Below the pieces are notes generated by a model. That model did not search any database. It was not told where the DNA came from and was given only the letters and a program-made list of their open reading frames with translations. From Candidatus Tayloriibacteriota bacterium (GTDB lineage Bacteria > Patescibacteriota > Minisyncoccia > Phycocordibacterales > PALSA-1337), in the NCBI GenBank assembly GCA_903839695.1, contig CAIMDI010000010.1, forward strand, positions 6,703 to 70,702: a stretch of DNA of 64,000 nucleotides, read 5' to 3'. Made by a program: the position numbers and the translations under genes. Below are positions 49,917 to 59,059 of this stretch, one piece after another. The first letter of the stretch is position 1, and every line of letters starts with the position of its first letter.

Positions 49917-52862
49917 ATGCAAAACTCCGAATTCGAAACTCTATACAAAAGATTAAATAAAGCACAAAAGGAAGCCGTCGATACTATAGATGGACCTGTT
50001 ATGGTTGTAGCTGGACCTGGTACAGGTAAAACCTCGATTCTAACTCTGCGTATAGCAAATATTCTCAAACAAACTGACGTTTCGCCAGAGAATATTCTTG
50101 CATTAACTTTTACTGAATCTGGTGCATATACCATGCGTAAAAAATTGGTAACTATAATAGGCACCGCTGGATACAAAGTAAATATAAACACTTTCCACGG
50201 ATTTTGTAATGAAATTATTAAACAGTATCCAGAAAGATTTCCAAGAATAATAGGTTCTTCAGCTATTACTGATATAGATCAAATAGAAATTGTAGAAAAA
50301 ATAATTAAAGGTAATGATGATAAAGATGCATTTGAGTACAAATTACTTAAGCCTTATGGTGATATTTTCTTTTATGTTAAGCCTGCACTTTCAGAAATAA
50401 AAAATTTAAAAAGGGAAGCCATAAGTGTAAATGATTTTGAGCAAATAATTTTCAATCAAGAGAAAGATTTTGACGAAATAGAAGAGAAAGTTCATATAAA
50501 GGGTGCTCATAAGGGAAAAATGAAGGGCGAATATATAAAATTAAAAGAAAGAATCGAAAAAAATAAAGAATTATTAAAGCTATATGCTGATTATGAAAAA
50601 GCTCTTATAAAAAATAAGTTCTACGATTTTGAGGATATGATTATTGAGGTGGTTAAAACATTAAAAAGCGATAATGATTTGTTATTAATGTTACAAGAAT
50701 CTTATCAGTATATTTTGGCTGATGAACATCAGGATGCAAATAATGCTCAAAATGCTATTTTAGAATTACTTTCAAATTTTCATGAAAATCCAAATCTATT
50801 TATAGTTGGAGATGATAAACAGGCTATTTTTAGATTCCAAGGTGCATCGATGGAGAATTTTTTATATTTCAAAAAACTTTATCCTTCTGCTGTTATTATA
50901 TATTTGGAAGAAAATTATAGATCTACCCAGCCTATTTTAGACGCGTCGCATTCATTGATTCAAAATAACAAAATGCCAAATGGTCATGAACACACAAAGC
51001 TTCTGTCAAAATTGGAAAAAGGAAAAGAGCCGATAAACATTGTTGAATGTTCAAATCAAAATTCAGAATATTTGTTTTTAACAAATGATATCAAACAAAA
51101 AATCGAAAAGGGTGTTAAAGCTGAAGAAATTGCTATTTTATACAGAGATAATAAAGATGCTTTTCCAATAGCCCAGATTTTTGATAAGGCGGGTATACCG
51201 TTTAGAATTGAAAGTGATAATGACATTTTAAAAGATGAAAATATAAGAAAATTGTTGATAATTTTTGAGTCCATTAATGATTTAAATAATGAGGAAAGGT
51301 TAGCTAAATTATTATTCATAGATTTTCTTGGCTTAAGAGTTATTGATATATACAAGACATTTGAAAGTGTAAAAAAAGAAAAAGCTAAACTAATTGATAT
51401 TGTAGAAAGGGAATTTCCAGAAATATTTAGAAAAATATCATCATGGTCTAGTTATTCCCACAATAAATCTTTTATTGAATTATTTGAAATTATAGTGCGT
51501 GAATCTGGATACCTTGAATTTGTATTATCAAATACAAATTCATTGGAAATGATGAAAACTTTGGATTTGTTTTTTGGTGAATTAAAAAAGATGGCTGGAG
51601 CAAAAAAAGAATATTACTTAAAAGATCTAGTGATGCATTTAGAACGTGTGAGAGAGCATGGTATTTTAACCAAATCAGGTAAAGTTATAGTAAAAGACGG
51701 GATTAGGCTCATGACAGCTCATAAGTCTAAAGGTTTAGAATTTGATTTTGTATATGTTATTGGTGCTTACGATGGACATTGGGGAAATAAGACCAAAAGA
51801 ACCTTTTTCCATACAATGATAATGGCGGATACAAATTCTGATACAAGTGGAAACATTGACGATGAAAGACGATTATTTTACGTTGCTATTACGCGTGCAA
51901 GAAAAGCTGTATACATAACATATTCTAAAGAAAATAATGAAGGTAAGGAATTATTGCCGGCACAATTTATAAGTGAAATTTCAGATGAATATAAAAATCA
52001 GCAATATCAAAATGCATCAAACGACACATTAGCGATTTTTAAAGAATCAATAGTTCATGAACATCATGAAATTCAGAATAAAGAATATTTACAAAATTTA
52101 TTTTTGGAACAGGGACTGTCAGTAACAGCCTTAAATAATTATCTAAAATGCCCATGGGAATATTTTTTTGTAAATTTAATACGTTTACCAAGAGTGCAAT
52201 CAAAACATCAAATGTACGGAACAGCTATTCACGAAACATTAAAAATATTTTTTGATAAGTATAAGGAAGAACAAGATATGAATAAGGATGATTTATTGGA
52301 TTTATTTGAGTATAATCTCAAAAAAGCATTGCTATCCCATACAGACTATATAGATAGCCTAAATAAGGGTAAACAAGCCCTAAATGCCTATTTTGAGGCA
52401 TATAACGGCCTTTGGAATAGATCATTAATCACAGAATACAGCATTCGAGGAGTTCATTTGAATGTTGGGTCTTTTGATCTGCTTTTAAAGGGACAATTAG
52501 ACAAAATAGAGTTAATAAATGAAAAGGATGTAAATGTCGTTGACTTTAAAACAGGTAAAAAGAAAACAGAAAGTAAAGAAAATTATCATAGACAATTAAT
52601 CTTTTATAAATTGCTATTAAGCTTAGATGATAAAAAAAGATTCAATATGATTTCTGGTGAACTTGATTTTATAGAGGCAGATTCTAAGGGAAAATTTGCG
52701 AAGGATAAATTTGAAATCATAAATACTGAAGTTGAGGAATTAACAAATCTCCTAAAACAAAAGGCGAATGAAATTTACAATTTAGAATTTATGAATATGA
52801 AATGCGACGATAAAGATTGTGAATATTGTAAATTAAGTAAATCCCTAGTAAGCAAAAAATAG
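49917..52862 (+). CDS. UvrD/PcrA-like SF1 helicase with a C-terminal PD-(D/E)xK nuclease (AddA/AdnAB-like)
   Basis: AGPGTGKT, DEHQD, VGDDKQAIF, NYRS, HKSKGLEF, ERRLFYVAITRA; GQLD..VVDFKTG; CP...CxxxxCxxC. Confidence 0.92.
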   Translation: MQNSEFETLYKRLNKAQKEAVDTIDGPVMVVAGPGTGKTSILTLRIANILKQTDVSPENILALTFTESGAYTMRKKLVTIIGTAGYKVNINTFHGFCNEIIKQYPERFPRIIGSSAITDIDQIEIVEKIIKGNDDKDAFEYKLLKPYGDIFFYVKPALSEIKNLKREAISVNDFEQIIFNQEKDFDEIEEKVHIKGAHKGKMKGEYIKLKERIEKNKELLKLYADYEKALIKNKFYDFEDMIIEVVKTLKSDNDLLLMLQESYQYILADEHQDANNAQNAILELLSNFHENPNLFIVGDDKQAIFRFQGASMENFLYFKKLYPSAVIIYLEENYRSTQPILDASHSLIQNNKMPNGHEHTKLLSKLEKGKEPINIVECSNQNSEYLFLTNDIKQKIEKGVKAEEIAILYRDNKDAFPIAQIFDKAGIPFRIESDNDILKDENIRKLLIIFESINDLNNEERLAKLLFIDFLGLRVIDIYKTFESVKKEKAKLIDIVEREFPEIFRKISSWSSYSHNKSFIELFEIIVRESGYLEFVLSNTNSLEMMKTLDLFFGELKKMAGAKKEYYLKDLVMHLERVREHGILTKSGKVIVKDGIRLMTAHKSKGLEFDFVYVIGAYDGHWGNKTKRTFFHTMIMADTNSDTSGNIDDERRLFYVAITRARKAVYITYSKENNEGKELLPAQFISEISDEYKNQQYQNASNDTLAIFKESIVHEHHEIQNKEYLQNLFLEQGLSVTALNNYLKCPWEYFFVNLIRLPRVQSKHQMYGTAIHETLKIFFDKYKEEQDMNKDDLLDLFEYNLKKALLSHTDYIDSLNKGKQALNAYFEAYNGLWNRSLITEYSIRGVHLNVGSFDLLLKGQLDKIELINEKDVNVVDFKTGKKKTESKENYHRQLIFYKLLLSLDDKKRFNMISGELDFIEADSKGKFAKDKFEIINTEVEELTNLLKQKANEIYNLEFMNMKCDDKDCEYCKLSKSLVSKK

Positions 52863-53693
52863 ATTTAGAGTAGCTTTTATCGTTTCGATTGGCAAAGCTC
52901 CCATCATAATAATCATTTTTGAATCGGCACTTATTCTTATAGGATATTCGCCAGTTGGACCTTTGAAAGGTTCATATAAATTCATTAATTTTTCTTTAAC
53001 TGAAGCTGGAAATGCCGTATCTAATACAATAATACTTGAAGGTGTTCCATCTATACCTACATTTAACCCCTCAACAATATTTTTTTCTATATAATCCTTA
53101 AACTTTCCTGTTGAAAGACAATTGTTGAAATCATCAACATTTAATCCTACAAATTGAGCGATTTTAGGTAATTCTTTTTGATCAAGACCTTTTGGTGATG
53201 ATTTTGTTACAGAAGGAGTTATTTCATAAAGTCTATTGGCATACAACCAGAATTTTTCATTTCCACCGAGTGAACCGGCACATTCCATGGCTGAAGATTC
53301 GTTTATAGCATTTGGATGAGGTATTTCGCCATTTATATTTTCTTTACCTAGCAATGGATAACTTCTATATACCCAAGCAACATTTCCAGAAGGACCATAA
53401 TCACTCATGATTTTTCGCATAGTATTGTGAAAGACTTTACAATATGGACATGAAGGATCTGAGTATTCGATTAGTTTAACTTTAGCATTTGGATTTCCTA
53501 TAACATGATCAGAATCAGAAATACTTTTTACATTTACTTCAAAAGAAGTTTGTTTAACTAAGGTTTTGGTGTCAGATGGGGATTGAGTTCTAGTAAAAAT
53601 AATTGCTAATGCAACAATGGCACCAGCCACAACTATTGCTGTTGGGATATTTAGAATATTATTAGTTTCCTTAGAGTCTTGTGTTGATTCCAT
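52845..53693 (-). CDS. DsbA family thioredoxin-fold protein
   Basis: N-terminal TM, EYSDPSCPYC, GIDGTP. Confidence 0.92.
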   Translation of the reverse strand: MESTQDSKETNNILNIPTAIVVAGAIVALAIIFTRTQSPSDTKTLVKQTSFEVNVKSISDSDHVIGNPNAKVKLIEYSDPSCPYCKVFHNTMRKIMSDYGPSGNVAWVYRSYPLLGKENINGEIPHPNAINESSAMECAGSLGGNEKFWLYANRLYEITPSVTKSSPKGLDQKELPKIAQFVGLNVDDFNNCLSTGKFKDYIEKNIVEGLNVGIDGTPSSIIVLDTAFPASVKEKLMNLYEPFKGPTGEYPIRISADSKMIIMMGALPIETIKATLNLFFAY

Positions 53694-53731
53694 ATTATGT
53701 TATGTTTATATTAATAAATTAATTATATCAT

Positions 53732-54454
53732 ATGATTATACTTTTAATAGCAATTGGTGCGTTCATTGCAACACTTGTTGGAGGCTTATTAGCATTACGT
53801 TTTAAAGACAAATTACATTTAGTAATAGGATTTAGTGCCGGTGCACTTTTGGGTGTGGCGTTTTTTGATTTATTGCCTGAGGCTATAGAGCTTGCGGGAC
53901 CATCTTTTGATGTATCATTCGTTACCTCATGCGTAGCCCTTGGTTTTGTGATTTATATGATAGTTGATAGATTTATTGCTCCTCATCATGGAGTTGATGA
54001 TCATTGTGAAAATGAAAATCACAGAGGACGCTTGGGTGCTGGTAGTCTATCATTTCATAGTTTTATTGATGGCATGGCTATTGGTTTAGCTTTTCAAGTT
54101 TCTACAGCAGTGGGTGCCATAGTTACCACAGCTGTTTTGGTGCACGATTTCTCTGATGGAATAAATACTATTAGTCTTATACTAAAAAATGGTGGAAGTA
54201 AAAAGGAAGCATTAAAATGGCTTTTTGTTGATGCCGCTGCACCTGTTTTAGGTATTATCGTCTCAAGTTTTATGGTTTTATCAGGACCAAATCTTGGTTT
54301 ATTACTAGCTGTTTTTTGTGGATTCTTTTTGTATTTAGGGGCAAGTGATTTATTACCTGAAAGTCATCATCAACATCCTACTATTTGGACAACTTTCATG
54401 ACTGTGCTGGGTGTTGCTGTATTATTTCTGGCGATAAAATTTGCTGGAGTATAA
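53732..54454 (+). CDS. ZIP family metal transporter
   Basis: DLLPEA, HSFIDG, HDFSDG, His-rich loop. Confidence 0.92.
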   Translation: MIILLIAIGAFIATLVGGLLALRFKDKLHLVIGFSAGALLGVAFFDLLPEAIELAGPSFDVSFVTSCVALGFVIYMIVDRFIAPHHGVDDHCENENHRGRLGAGSLSFHSFIDGMAIGLAFQVSTAVGAIVTTAVLVHDFSDGINTISLILKNGGSKKEALKWLFVDAAAPVLGIIVSSFMVLSGPNLGLLLAVFCGFFLYLGASDLLPESHHQHPTIWTTFMTVLGVAVLFLAIKFAGV

Positions 54455-54456
54455 AA

Positions 54457-55041
54457 CTAGAAAGGTAAAGTATAGGTGATTATGTTCTCGTCTTTCTTTT
54501 CCCAGTTTTCTGTATTTAGTTTGATATCTAAAATTTTTCCTCCCGGCCCAAAATCCTTATATTTTAATATTCCATTTTTCATAGCATAATCATAGACTTC
54601 TTTTGTAATCTTTACATCATCAATACAATATTTGATTATTTTATCTATTTCCCCATTTTTCCACCATGTTACAGCCTCGAGTCCATGACCACTTTTTTTA
54701 ACTCCCAAAGTTGCTTCGGCTATAGTATCCAATTTTATTCTTCTTCCGAGGGAATTTTTGACTTCTACAAGCAAATCAAGGCTTTTGATTTTTGTTAAAT
54801 CTCCAGAATAGTATTTGTTTAAAAGTGGAATATCAAAATGATCACCATTGAAGGTTATAAACATATCTGCTTGCTCTAATATGGGCCACAATTTAGCAAA
54901 ATCTTCTTGTAAATAGCTGGAGTATTGATCAGTTGCGGAGTCATGTATACATACAACAGAAATATCTAAAGCTGTAGAATCTGTAGAATTTACATCTTGA
55001 AATAGATTTCTTGTTTCAATGTCAAAAGTTATTTTTCTCAT
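54457..55041 (-). CDS. RNase H-like (DEDD, RNase_H_2/YprB-like) exonuclease
   Basis: FDIET, FNGDHFDIP, YCIDDV. Confidence 0.85.
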   Translation of the reverse strand: MRKITFDIETRNLFQDVNSTDSTALDISVVCIHDSATDQYSSYLQEDFAKLWPILEQADMFITFNGDHFDIPLLNKYYSGDLTKIKSLDLLVEVKNSLGRRIKLDTIAEATLGVKKSGHGLEAVTWWKNGEIDKIIKYCIDDVKITKEVYDYAMKNGILKYKDFGPGGKILDIKLNTENWEKKDENIITYTLPF

Positions 55042-55057
55042 GATGAATGGTAATTAG

Positions 55058-56344
55058 CTATAATTCAATAGTATCAATAGTAAACATCTTTTCCTCACCA
55101 GTTGCTAGATTTTTTAATTTGAAATTACCAGTTTTTACTTCTTCTTCGCCTATGCAAATAACATTTGGAATATGAATTTTGTCTGCATTTCGTATTTGAT
55201 CACCAATTTTTCTAAATGAAAAATCAATTGAAGTTTTTATATTTTTTTCACGCAGACTTTGTGCTAATTCTTGGCCATATTCTGCAAAATCTTTGTTTAG
55301 TAAACAAATATATACATCCGCAGGTAAAATAGATTCTTGCTTGATTACATTTCCATATGTTTCAAGTAAATCACGAGCAACAACATCTCCAGCACCAAAT
55401 CCAAACGCTGAAACTTTTTCGCCTTCAAAAATAGATAATAAATCATCATATCTACCACCACCAAATACTGATCTACGGTTTTCTGGATTTTTGTCAAAAA
55501 CTTCAAATACAATTCCTGTGTAATAATCAAAACCACGCATAAGTGTTTGATCAAAACGAGTATTAGTAATTCCAAGTTTCTCCAAAGCATTTATAACTTC
55601 TTTTATTTCCTTCAAGCCTTTATGCTCTTCTTTAGTTTGTCTTAGATTTGTTGTAAATTCCGCGAAATTTTGAGATGAAATAAGTGTTAGGAATTGTTGG
55701 CTTTTCTCATTTAAAATTTCTTCAGCAAGCATTACAAATGTTTCAGCTGGAATTTTATTCTTTTTATCAATTAGCTTTGAAATTTTCTTCGATTTATCTT
55801 CGTCTAGATTAAATACTTCTTTGGTTACATAATTCATTAATTGGCGATTGTTTATTCTTATTTCGAAGTCTGTAGGCTTAAGTCCATAAGCGCATGTTAT
55901 GTCGTATGCCATTTGAATTACTTCAATTTCTGCTTGAATATTATCTACACCAAATATATCTACGTTTAATTGCCAATGCTCACGTAATCTTCCTCTCTGG
56001 GGTTGTTCATAACGAAATAGATTGGGAATTGAAAACCAACGAAGTGGAAAGGCTAATTCACGCTTCTTGGCAGATACCATTCTAGCTACTGATGGTGTCA
56101 TTTCTGGACGTAAAGTAACCTCACGATCACCACGATCGATAAAAGTATAAGTTTGTTCATTGACTATTTCTTCTCCAGATTTTGCTTTGTAAAGATCAGC
56201 AGGTTCTATAACAGATGCAGAATATTCCTGATAACCATATTTTTGTGCTACACTTTTCCAAATAGTAAATATTTGGTTTTGAATAGCCATGTCATTTGGA
56301 TAAAAATCCCGAACGCCCTTGTATGGATCAATTGATAATTTCAT
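55058..56344 (-). CDS. hisS: histidyl-tRNA synthetase
   Basis: KGVRDF, LRPEMTPS, FRYEQPQRGR, RGFDYYTG, GGGRYD. Confidence 0.98.
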   Translation of the reverse strand: MKLSIDPYKGVRDFYPNDMAIQNQIFTIWKSVAQKYGYQEYSASVIEPADLYKAKSGEEIVNEQTYTFIDRGDREVTLRPEMTPSVARMVSAKKRELAFPLRWFSIPNLFRYEQPQRGRLREHWQLNVDIFGVDNIQAEIEVIQMAYDITCAYGLKPTDFEIRINNRQLMNYVTKEVFNLDEDKSKKISKLIDKKNKIPAETFVMLAEEILNEKSQQFLTLISSQNFAEFTTNLRQTKEEHKGLKEIKEVINALEKLGITNTRFDQTLMRGFDYYTGIVFEVFDKNPENRRSVFGGGRYDDLLSIFEGEKVSAFGFGAGDVVARDLLETYGNVIKQESILPADVYICLLNKDFAEYGQELAQSLREKNIKTSIDFSFRKIGDQIRNADKIHIPNVICIGEEEVKTGNFKLKNLATGEEKMFTIDTIEL

Positions 56345-56365
56345 AAATATTATTATATCAAAAAA

Positions 56366-57061
56366 ATGCAAAAAGTCATTATTACAAACAAAAATATTGG
56401 AGAAACACCACTTGAATGTCTCGAGAGGATTCGCATTGAATATGTTATAGCTTCGGATGTTCCCATGACTTATGCTGGACGTTTGGATCCTTTGGCTGAG
56501 GGGGAATTAATAATACTTGTGGGTGATGAATGTAAGAACAAAGAAAAGTATTTGGGTTTTGATAAAGAATACGAAATTGATGTGCTTTTTGGTATTTCTA
56601 CAGATACATATGATGTTTTAGGTATGATTGATGGTGTGAAGATCGCTGAGATTGGTGAAATTGATTTAAATAAATACATTGGAAAGTTTAAACAAGAATA
56701 CCCTAGATATTCTTCTCGTATTATAGCCATGAAAGAAGTTCCAGAGGAAATGCCAACAAAAGATATTGAAATATATTCAATTGAAAATTTAGAAAAAAGA
56801 GAAATGACTGGCGCAGAAGTACTGAAGCAAGTAAAAGAGAATATATCTTTGGTAAAAGGAGATTTTAGACAAAGAGAAATAGTGGAGAAATGGGCGGAAG
56901 TAATTTCTAATGAGCTGGCTGTTGCGAATTTTCCTATTTTAAAATTAAAAGTTAAATGTTCAAGCGGAACATATATGCGAAGTTTGGCAAAGAGAATTGG
57001 AGAAGATGAAGGAACTGTGGCATTGGCAATGGGTATAAAACGAACAAAGATATTTTATTAA
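56366..57061 (+). CDS. truB: tRNA pseudouridine(55) synthase TruB-like
   Basis: YAGRLDPLAEG, KEY, TDTYD, P.YS, CSSGTYMRSLA. Confidence 0.85.
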   Translation: MQKVIITNKNIGETPLECLERIRIEYVIASDVPMTYAGRLDPLAEGELIILVGDECKNKEKYLGFDKEYEIDVLFGISTDTYDVLGMIDGVKIAEIGEIDLNKYIGKFKQEYPRYSSRIIAMKEVPEEMPTKDIEIYSIENLEKREMTGAEVLKQVKENISLVKGDFRQREIVEKWAEVISNELAVANFPILKLKVKCSSGTYMRSLAKRIGEDEGTVALAMGIKRTKIFY

Positions 57062-57114
57062 TTTGTCATTTACACTATTAATATTTTATTCTGCAATGGT
57101 GTTTTTTCATTAAA

Positions 57115-57154
57115 TCTTTAAAACTTCTTAAGAACTATTTGTTACGGTGTGGGG
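57115..57154 (+). promoter_or_regulatory. promoter with 11-bp direct repeats, shared with mazF
   Basis: TCTTTAAAACT TCTTAAGAACT attTGtTACGGT, then 6 nt to ATG. Confidence 0.72.
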
Positions 57155-57544
57155 ATGGATAAAGAAAAACATAGAAATTTTGTAAAAAACGCAAAAAATG
57201 AATATAAAAATATTAACAAGATTATTTGTCCGGCTTTTGGTAATGAATTTGTATACTTTAATCAAAAAGGTTTTAAACATTTGGTCATGAAGAAAGGTAA
57301 ATATCGGACAATAAGTGAACAAATAAGAAGATTAAAATTGATACCTGAAATTGTCTCAGTAATATCTAATGCAATTGAGTTTAGTTCTTATCGTAATAGC
57401 TTTGGCATAGATTTCTGGTCAATATCTAAAATCGTTAATGGTATTATAATTATTGTGGTTATAAGACAAAATAGTGTAGATAAGCACAAGTATTTTTTAA
57501 GTGTAATGGACAAGGTGATATATAAAAACGCAAAAGCCCCCTAA
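57155..57544 (+). CDS. small basic protein, probable BECR/RelE-like (PBECR/LPD3-type) nuclease toxin
   Basis: VYFNQKGFKHL, RLKLIP.I..VI, beta-rich C-terminus ending YFLSV; fold assignment by pattern recall only. Confidence 0.55.
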   Translation: MDKEKHRNFVKNAKNEYKNINKIICPAFGNEFVYFNQKGFKHLVMKKGKYRTISEQIRRLKLIPEIVSVISNAIEFSSYRNSFGIDFWSISKIVNGIIIIVVIRQNSVDKHKYFLSVMDKVIYKNAKAP

Positions 57545-57625
57545 GGGACTTCTTATAGTGTCTGTTACCAGCAATCACCGGACTGATCATCTTGGTGCGC
57601 TAATCCAATGACCACAGACATTATT
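57524..57625 (-). ncRNA. putative ~100-nt structured small RNA convergent with the 57155 ORF (candidate RNA antitoxin)
   Basis: Own promoter at 57659-57632; TGTCTGT/ACAGACA closing stem; inner stems need G-U pairs, favouring the minus strand; AAGTCCC/GGGGCTT terminator + T-tract. Confidence 0.68.
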
Positions 57626-57631
57626 AATTAA

Positions 57632-57659
57632 ATAATATCAAATCTTAAGTCGCTGTCAA
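57632..57659 (-). promoter_or_regulatory. sigma70 promoter for the sRNA
   Basis: TTGACA-16-(TGa)TATTAT, downstream of the rpsA terminator. Confidence 0.75.
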
Positions 57660-57671
57660 TAAGTAATACCA

Positions 57672-57703
57672 AAAGAAAAATCCACAAAAATGGATTTTTC
57701 TTT
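57672..57703 (-). terminator. rpsA intrinsic terminator
   Basis: AAAGAAAAATCCA-caaaaa-TGGATTTTTCTTT. Confidence 0.8.
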
Positions 57704-57723
57704 ACTTAAATTTGCCTTAATAT

Positions 57724-58875
57724 TTAAGCTTTCTTTTCACCAACGAAAGACAAAGCCATTTTTTGTTCTTTTACATCAAATAATGTAATTTTGAAATTAT
57801 ATGACTTTCCTAATTCCAAATTCTTTCTTAACTTTTCTTCTGAACCAAATTCAGAAACATGCACCAAGCCAGCAACTCCTTCTTCTATAGATGTCAAAGC
57901 TCCGTGTTTATTGAATTTAATTACAACTCCTTGTACAAGCATATCCTTCTTGTATTTCTTTGATGCCTCTACCCAAGGATTTTCTTTTAATGCTTTTACT
58001 GACAAAGAGATTTTTCCGTCTTTGATTTCTATTACTTTTACTTTAATCTTTTGTCCAACTTTAAATAATGCACGTGGATCTTCAACTAATGACCAATCAA
58101 TTTCTGATATATGAACCAATCCTTCAAGTCCATCTTCTAGTTTTACGAAAACTCCAAAGTCTACTATACCTGTAACTGTTCCATTTACTACATCTTCAAC
58201 TTTGTATTTTCCTATAATTCTTTCCTTATCCTTTGTTTCCGGACTCTTTTCAGAGAATATTAGTTTTCCTTCTTTAGGAATTGCAGAAATTATAGAAACA
58301 GAAATCTTTGTACCTACAAGTTTCTTTAATTCTTCTAATATCTTGTCTTTATCTCCATCTGTAACTCTTGGATAATGTTCTGTCTTTAATTGTGATGCAG
58401 GAAGAAAACCTGAAATTCCTTGCCATTGTATGATAAGTCCACCCTTATTTGCCTCAATAATAGGTAATTCAAGAATAGATTTGTTGTTGATAGCAGCTTC
58501 TGCTTCACTCCAAATAAGTGCTTGTCTTGCTTCCTTTAGAGAAAGTTCTATATATCCATCTTTGTTATTTGTGTCTACAACTTTTGCAGCAACAACATCA
58601 CCGATATTAACTTTCTTAATAATATCTCTAGCTGTAATATACTCACGACCCATAATGATACCTGTTCCAAATGGTGCAAGATCAATATAAACCGCTGACT
58701 TTTCTATGTTGATAACTGGACCTTCAACCAAGTCACCAATCAATGGTGGATTTGCTGATTCGTTTAGAATACGATCCATCAGTGTATCCAACTTTGGAGG
58801 AACCACTACTTTTTCTTTTTTAACTTTCTTCACCTTTTCTACTGAAACTTCGTCTGTTGTATTGTTTTTAATCAT
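57724..58875 (-). CDS. rpsA: 30S ribosomal protein S1 (4 S1 domains)
   Basis: GFLPASQL, DFGVFV..EGLVHISEI, GLVHVSE; start moved to MIKNNT. Confidence 0.9.
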   Translation of the reverse strand: MIKNNTTDEVSVEKVKKVKKEKVVVPPKLDTLMDRILNESANPPLIGDLVEGPVINIEKSAVYIDLAPFGTGIIMGREYITARDIIKKVNIGDVVAAKVVDTNNKDGYIELSLKEARQALIWSEAEAAINNKSILELPIIEANKGGLIIQWQGISGFLPASQLKTEHYPRVTDGDKDKILEELKKLVGTKISVSIISAIPKEGKLIFSEKSPETKDKERIIGKYKVEDVVNGTVTGIVDFGVFVKLEDGLEGLVHISEIDWSLVEDPRALFKVGQKIKVKVIEIKDGKISLSVKALKENPWVEASKKYKKDMLVQGVVIKFNKHGALTSIEEGVAGLVHVSEFGSEEKLRKNLELGKSYNFKITLFDVKEQKMALSFVGEKKA

Positions 58876-59034
58876 GATTTTTATGCATACGATCCGTTTT
58901 TTAATTAATAATATGAGAGCTATCAATCAAAATTGATAATTAACTCTCCAAATTACGGTTTTAGCGTATGAAATTGTTAATAATCGGTAAAATTACCGTT
59001 TTCAGATTATATTACATAATAGCTTAAAAGTCGA
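58876..59034 (-). promoter_or_regulatory. rpsA promoter and nested structured 5' leader
   Basis: TCGACT-17-TATAAT; CATACG/CGTATG, CCGT/ACGG and GAGAG/CTCTC nested stems. Confidence 0.62.
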
Positions 59035-59059
59035 GTAATTTTGGCTTAATACAGCATTA

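Noticed and set aside
57128-57322. 64-aa minus-strand ORF as a possible antitoxin of the 57155 ORF
   Set aside because: Antisense shadow lying beyond the sRNA terminator; no recognisable motif
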